Part shown: positions 60,776-64,000 of the stretch, piece by piece
How the letters are laid out: the number at the start of each line of letters is the position of its first letter
How positions within the stretch are numbered: the stretch's first letter is position 1
Assembly: GCA_963788655.1 (NCBI GenBank)
Contig: CAWBHS010000006.1
Span: 1-64,000 of the forward strand
Source of the DNA: an uncultured Verrucomicrobiae bacterium
GTDB taxonomy: Bacteria > Verrucomicrobiota > Verrucomicrobiia > Limisphaerales > JAFGQR01
Length of the DNA: 64,000 nucleotides
Direction: 5' to 3'
Program-made: the position numbers and the translations under genes
The notes under the pieces: generated by a model
Database searches by the model: none
What the model saw: the letters and a program-made list of their open reading frames with translations, nothing else
Told to the model about the DNA's origin: nothing

Positions 60776-62047
60776 ATGAAAGGCGCCCGCCACTGTTGGC
60801 CCTGGGTGCCCGTGGCCCTGGCCTCGACCCTGACCGGTATGGTTGAGCCAACCGCCATCGCCCAGAGCAATCACGAGCCCGGCAGCGGTCTGGGCTCGCC
60901 TTATCCCTTGTACAACCAGCCTGAGCCGGCGCGCTACAACTTGAAATGGGGCAAACTCCTGGGCCGCCTGAATGCGTCGGCGGCCGCGGAATACAATGAT
61001 AACCTCAATCTGGCCAACCGGAATCCGCAGGCGGATTTCAGCCTGGGACCGGACGTGAGCGTGGCATTTCTCTGGCCCATCAGCCGGGCCAACACGTTGG
61101 AACTGGACCTCGGTGCCGGCTATCGGTGGTATGTCGATCATCCGGCCATTTCCACCCTCAACCTCGCCCCGAACTCCCACCTGGATTACCGGCTGCTCTT
61201 CGGCCACGGACAATTGAGTCTGCACGACACCTTTTCGGTGGCCAACGATCCCACCACGCGCCCGGACCTGAGCGGCAACAGCAGCGCGGGCAACGTCATC
61301 AATTTCCGTCGCATCAATAACGTGCTGGGCGTATCGGCCGAATGGCGCCCCCGCGAACCGTGGAGCATGACGGTGGGCTATGACTATGGACTGGACCGTT
61401 CGTTGAATGACGAATTCACCAGCATCGACCGGGACGACCACAGCTTCAGCGCGGGCACCTATTATCGCTTTTCCCCGCGGCTCCTGGCCGGGATCAGCGG
61501 GGCGAGCACGTTGACCTATTACGTGCAAGACGTGCAGAACAACGTCACCGGTTACTCGTTGGGACCGGTCGTCATTCTCAATCCTTCCCCCTTCATCACC
61601 GTGGACTTGCGCGGGGGTTACTCGGTGGCGGCTTTCGAGTCAACGGGAACGGTGACGGACACGTCCGATTTTCGCGGGTTCACCGGCCAGGCCGGCCTCC
61701 GGCATAAACTGAACCGTTGGATGTCGCACGAACTGCGGCTGAGCAAAAGCATGGAGCTGGGAATCAGCCGCAATTACTACGATCTCCTCGACCTGCAATA
61801 CGGCTTCAACGCCCGCCTCAACCGGGTGACCACCTTGAGCACCAGCTTCCAATACGAACACTTCCGGACTTCCGGGCCGGACGGCGAACGCGGCGACCGT
61901 TACAGTGTGTCGGTGGGCGCCCGTTGGCAACTGGCCCGCCAGTGGCAATTGGGCGCCGGGTACACCTTCAACTCCAAACACTCGGATTTGCCGGCCAGCG
62001 ACTACTCCCAGAACCGGTTCACCCTCGGATTGACCCGCCAGTTTTAG
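60776..62047 (+). CDS. Outer-membrane beta-barrel associated with polysaccharide export
   Basis: Signal peptide, EYNDNL, alternating beta strands, DYSQNRFTLGLTRQF with terminal Phe. Confidence 0.85.
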   Translation: MKGARHCWPWVPVALASTLTGMVEPTAIAQSNHEPGSGLGSPYPLYNQPEPARYNLKWGKLLGRLNASAAAEYNDNLNLANRNPQADFSLGPDVSVAFLWPISRANTLELDLGAGYRWYVDHPAISTLNLAPNSHLDYRLLFGHGQLSLHDTFSVANDPTTRPDLSGNSSAGNVINFRRINNVLGVSAEWRPREPWSMTVGYDYGLDRSLNDEFTSIDRDDHSFSAGTYYRFSPRLLAGISGASTLTYYVQDVQNNVTGYSLGPVVILNPSPFITVDLRGGYSVAAFESTGTVTDTSDFRGFTGQAGLRHKLNRWMSHELRLSKSMELGISRNYYDLLDLQYGFNARLNRVTTLSTSFQYEHFRTSGPDGERGDRYSVSVGARWQLARQWQLGAGYTFNSKHSDLPASDYSQNRFTLGLTRQF

Positions 62048-62050
62048 TTC

Positions 62051-62692
62051 ATGAAACGTCTCCTGTTCATCTTCTTGCTTGTTGCCGGACTCGGCGCCGG
62101 CCACGCCGACGCGCAAGCCCCCACCAACGCGGCCCCGCAAACGACGGCCGCGGCCCCGTATCGGCTGAACATCCAGGACAAACTCCTTTACAGCGTGCGG
62201 GAAGATCCCATTCGCAGCGCCGACCCGGACGAGGTCTTCGTCAACGCCCAGGGCAAAGCGCACTTCCGGGTGAGCGCTGGGTTTGATGACATCGTCACGT
62301 TGGACGCGGTGGGCAAGACGCTCACGCAACTTCGCGATGAACTGCACCGCCGTTTGTTGGAGAAATACTACGAACAAGCCACAATCGAGCTGAAGCTCAA
62401 ACAATCCACCGAACGCGCCGGCAAGGTGCTGCTCTACGGCGCGGTGCGGAGCAATTTCCTCCAGCTCCTGCCGGGCGAAACCAAAACCATCTTTGAGGCC
62501 GTTTATCAAGCGGGGGTGACTGAATACGCCAACCTCAAGAAGGTTAAACTCAGCCGGCTCAATTCTCATACCGGGCAAACGGATTCCTGGATCATCAACC
62601 TGGAAGTGATCAAGAAAGGCGACCGGACCATGGACGTGCAGCTCTTGGATGGCGATCGCATTGAAGTGCCCGAAAAGGGCCTGGTCTTCTGA
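62051..62692 (+). CDS. Short OPX/Wza-family polysaccharide export protein
   Basis: YRLNIQDKL, AVGKTLTQL, YGAVR, LLDGDRIEVPE; no C-terminal membrane helix. Confidence 0.85.
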   Translation: MKRLLFIFLLVAGLGAGHADAQAPTNAAPQTTAAAPYRLNIQDKLLYSVREDPIRSADPDEVFVNAQGKAHFRVSAGFDDIVTLDAVGKTLTQLRDELHRRLLEKYYEQATIELKLKQSTERAGKVLLYGAVRSNFLQLLPGETKTIFEAVYQAGVTEYANLKKVKLSRLNSHTGQTDSWIINLEVIKKGDRTMDVQLLDGDRIEVPEKGLVF

Positions 62693-62700
62693 ACTCTCGC

Positions 62701-64000
62701 ATGAAGCGCAAACCTGAACAAAATCCGCTCTCCGTTTCCCTGGGCACCTGGTTGGTGGACCGGATCAACGTCTTCTTCCAAGCGCGGCGGTACATCAAAA
62801 TGATCGCGCAACGCTGGACGATGATCGCGTTGGGTACCGTAATCGGCGGCGCCATCGCGGCCTATCTGGCCTGGCGAGCGCCGAACATTTACGCGGCCTC
62901 CGCCAAAATCGGGATTGCGCCAAAGATCCAGACTGCCTACACGTCTCAAGCCCAATATCTCGAGGAGATCAATAACTTTTACGACAGCCAGCTCCAGTAC
63001 ATGACCTGCTCGAAGGTCATGAACAAAGTCGGAGAACGCATGCGTCCCAGCCGGCCCGCCACCAAAGATTTTGTGCTGCTCCCCAAGGCCACCAAAGGCC
63101 CGGGCTGCTTCAACATCGTGGTGGAAAGCACGGATTTCGAGTATGCCCGTCGCTATGCCCAGACTTGGGCCGACGAGTTTATCGCGTTCAAGAACCAACT
63201 TCGCGAGAACGCCATTGGCCGGTCGGCGGCCAGCACCCGCGAGGAAATTCAGCGTTACGAAAAGAGCCTGGAAAACGCCCGCGCCGCCCTCCTCAATTTT
63301 CAGAAGAAGAACAACATTGGCAGCGTCAAGGAAACCGGCGATGCCGCCCAACAGCGGCTCGACAAACTCGAAGCCGAATATCAGGACATCCGCACGCTCC
63401 GGCAACGCCTCGAAACCAAGAACGTCCGAGGAAATCGCCAAGACCGGCCGCATTGAAGCCCTCGATTCCCGGCCGGCCAGCCCGGCTAATCCTGATGCCG
63501 AGCGGTCGCCCATCGGCGAATCCGCGGATCCCCTGGCCAAATTCGACAATGCCTCGCAGTACTCGGACCTGAAGTTGAAAATGAAAAACTTCGCTTCGGA
63601 ATGGGCGCGGCAGCGGGCAGTGCTCAAGCCGGGGCATCCCTATATGCAGCGGTTGGACCGGCAACTCGAACAGCTCAAGGTCCAACTCCGGCACCAACTC
63701 GAACTCATTGAAGAAAAACGCCTCGCGCGCATCGCGTCCCTCACGGCGGACGAACAAAGCTACCAGCCGTTGATCTTGGAGCTACGCCAGCAAGTGCTCG
63801 CCTCGCGCAACGTCCAGTACGAGTTCGAACGGCTTAAAGAAGAAGAGGCGAACATCAAGTCCGTGCTCGGCAACCTCCGCAAAGCCGAGGAATCGCTCAA
63901 CTCCACCACGACCGAGGAAGGACTGTTGACCGTCATCGAGGAAGGCCGCGGTTCGCCCGTGGCCATTCGCCCCAACCGCGCCCGGATGATCCTGGCCGGA
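62701..64000 (+). CDS. Polysaccharide co-polymerase (Wzc/GumC-like), partial; frameshift near 63425
   Basis: TM plus APNIYAASAKI, coiled coils. Removing one C in gtccgag gives KNVEEIAK...LKPGHP...PIRPNR-like continuation to the window end. Confidence 0.85.

Overview
High-GC bacterial chromosome segment. Gene content, C-terminal 'F[FY]R' domains and repeat types suggest Verrucomicrobiota (Pedosphaera/Limisphaera-like); this is inferred, not searched. Core genes: lpxK-acyltransferase-waaF, pdxH, gmhA-like, nagB, Hsp20, RRM protein, group-2 sigma70, Rrf2. Carbohydrate enzymes: GH29-like, GH28-like, GH97, GH116, ThuA/TIM, Gfo/Idh/MocA. Also present: a secreted 9-heme cytochrome, two MFS/spermidine-synthase-like fusions, and at the right end a sigma54-preceded minor-pilin trio followed by a sigma54-preceded polysaccharide export operon. 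Most notable accessory structure: (i) two integron-cassette clusters with attC sites and no integrase in the window (28133-29080, a toxin-antitoxin cassette inserted into a vapC gene; 45538-47110, three cassettes including a divergent UDG-like gene); (ii) a single-ORF m4C-type methyltransferase/endonuclease fusion next to a relic of another R-M gene; (iii) about ten palindromic REP/MITE-like families, some translated in frame inside genes; (iv) several gene relics. Several intact-looking genes have single frameshifts in G/C runs, probably assembly errors. No rRNA, tRNA or CRISPR array was seen.
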